In this document: piece by piece, positions 63,201 through 64,000 of the stretch
Layout of the letters: every line of letters starts with the position of its first letter
Position numbering within the stretch: the stretch's first letter is position 1
Virus record (IMG/VR): IMGVR_UViG_3300019776_000961
Coordinates: 1-64,000 of that record
DNA length: 64,000 bases
Direction: 5' to 3' (one strand)
Source: a virus
Notes under the pieces: generated by a model
Databases searched by the model: none
Told to the model about the DNA's origin: nothing
The model's input: only the letters and a program-made list of their open reading frames with translations
Made by a program: the position numbers and the translations under genes

Positions 63201-64000
63201 ATGATTAGTAAAGAAATATACAATAATATTCTCAAAGCACTTAATAAAATTGCTGTATTTATTACGCTCAACGAAGTCGATGGTCGACAGGTAACATATC
63301 TTGCTACACGTAATAATACCATTATTAACGACTTTAATGCAGTTTTTTCGGCATTTGAATATGGATGCAATGAGGATGAGGAATATATCGAAGTATATGA
63401 ACTACGCTACGATAAGAAAATACGTATTAGTACAGCAGATGTTTCGCATTATACGTTTTACGGCATTCCAACAGAAGTATCACCTCCGGTATATTTGAGT
63501 GAGAGATATAGTGGATTTGTAACAGATGAACAATTAGTTGATTTTCAGCGTAATAGCTTCCTTGCCAAGGTACATCAGGAGAGAGAAGCGGGACACTATC
63601 ATATCGAACAACCTCACACAATACACGATATGTGTAAATTACTAGAAATAAAATATTTCTTTGAAACGGAATTTAATATAAAGCCAGGTGATCATCCGTT
63701 GTTTGATTTTTATAACGAACTGTATCTTGACTACAATATAGCAAGTAATTCGCTTATAGCAGGTGAACTGCGTGAATTATATAAGAGTATGTTTTTCTTA
63801 CCAGCTATTATCGCTTGTCAGGGTGATGAAGGTGTAGATTTCAAGAAAATAGTTGCAAATAATATAGATAAGAGTATCTATCACGGTTTGCGTGAAAAAT
63901 GGATTTCCTATCTCTATACTCAACGTGATAAGTTCCTACAAAAGGCAACAGAGGATAAATCACAACTTGAATCTGTATGTACAAACCGTCTTATAACAGA
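63201..64000 (+). CDS. hypothetical protein, truncated by the window end
   Basis: ATG 63201 (MISKEIYNNILKAL...) reads open by eye toward the window edge; absent from the ORF track, consistent with no stop in the window. Confidence 0.55.
   Translation, partial: MISKEIYNNILKALNKIAVFITLNEVDGRQVTYLATRNNTIINDFNAVFSAFEYGCNEDEEYIEVYELRYDKKIRISTADVSHYTFYGIPTEVSPPVYLSERYSGFVTDEQLVDFQRNSFLAKVHQEREAGHYHIEQPHTIHDMCKLLEIKYFFETEFNIKPGDHPLFDFYNELYLDYNIASNSLIAGELRELYKSMFFLPAIIACQGDEGVDFKKIVANNIDKSIYHGLREKWISYLYTQRDKFLQKATEDKSQLESVCTNRLIT

Noticed and set aside
334-63621. Most 60-140-aa ORFs nested on the opposite strand or in another frame of long genes
   Set aside because: Shadow ORFs with no motifs, promoters or start context, fully overlapped by well-supported genes.
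1-64000. CRISPR array
   Set aside because: No regularly spaced 23-47-nt repeats with unique spacers were seen; the repeats found are coding repeats or tRNA arms.
1-64000. Stop-codon reassignment (alternative genetic code)
   Set aside because: Recognisable genes (nrdA, nrdB, cysC, fibres) are full length in code 11, TAA/TAG/TGA all end real genes, and no suppressor-anticodon tRNA was found.

Overview
A 64-kb segment of a large, AT-rich, T4-like (myovirus-type) tailed phage genome, probably infecting a Gram-negative host. The host is not identifiable from this window. In order it holds: early hypothetical genes; APS kinase (cysC) and a lysis cassette (u-spanin-like lipoprotein, holin-like protein, lysozyme); two long tail-fibre/adhesin genes interleaved with a sulfotransferase-like gene; a reverse-strand GT9 / sulfotransferase / beta-propeller / GT2-GT92 operon; Hc1 histone-like protein and ribosomal protein bS21; a tRNA array interrupted by HNH endonucleases, an AdoMet-decarboxylase-family gene and a tRNA-Leu(UAA) carrying a 173-nt group I intron; more fibre genes; early, recombination and nucleotide-metabolism genes (RadA-like ATPase, PhyH-type dioxygenase, nrdB, nrdA, 5'-3' exonuclease, 5'-nucleotidase); tmRNA; Hsp20; and a long block of virion fibre, lectin and propeller genes. 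I find 25 tRNAs covering all 20 amino acids. Top leads: (1) a putative phage-encoded PAPS/sulfotransferase/glycosyltransferase virion-decoration pathway; (2) apparently leaderless mRNAs throughout the window (TAAATA 5-6 nt before the start codon) alongside phage bS21, an initiator-like tRNA and tmRNA; (3) a very small group I intron; (4) non-canonical tRNAs (long-arm UAU, Ser-ACU); (5) a 35-residue tmRNA tag; (6) an end-to-end paired Hsp20 transcript and orphan structured RNAs. All calls are by eye; no database searches were run.
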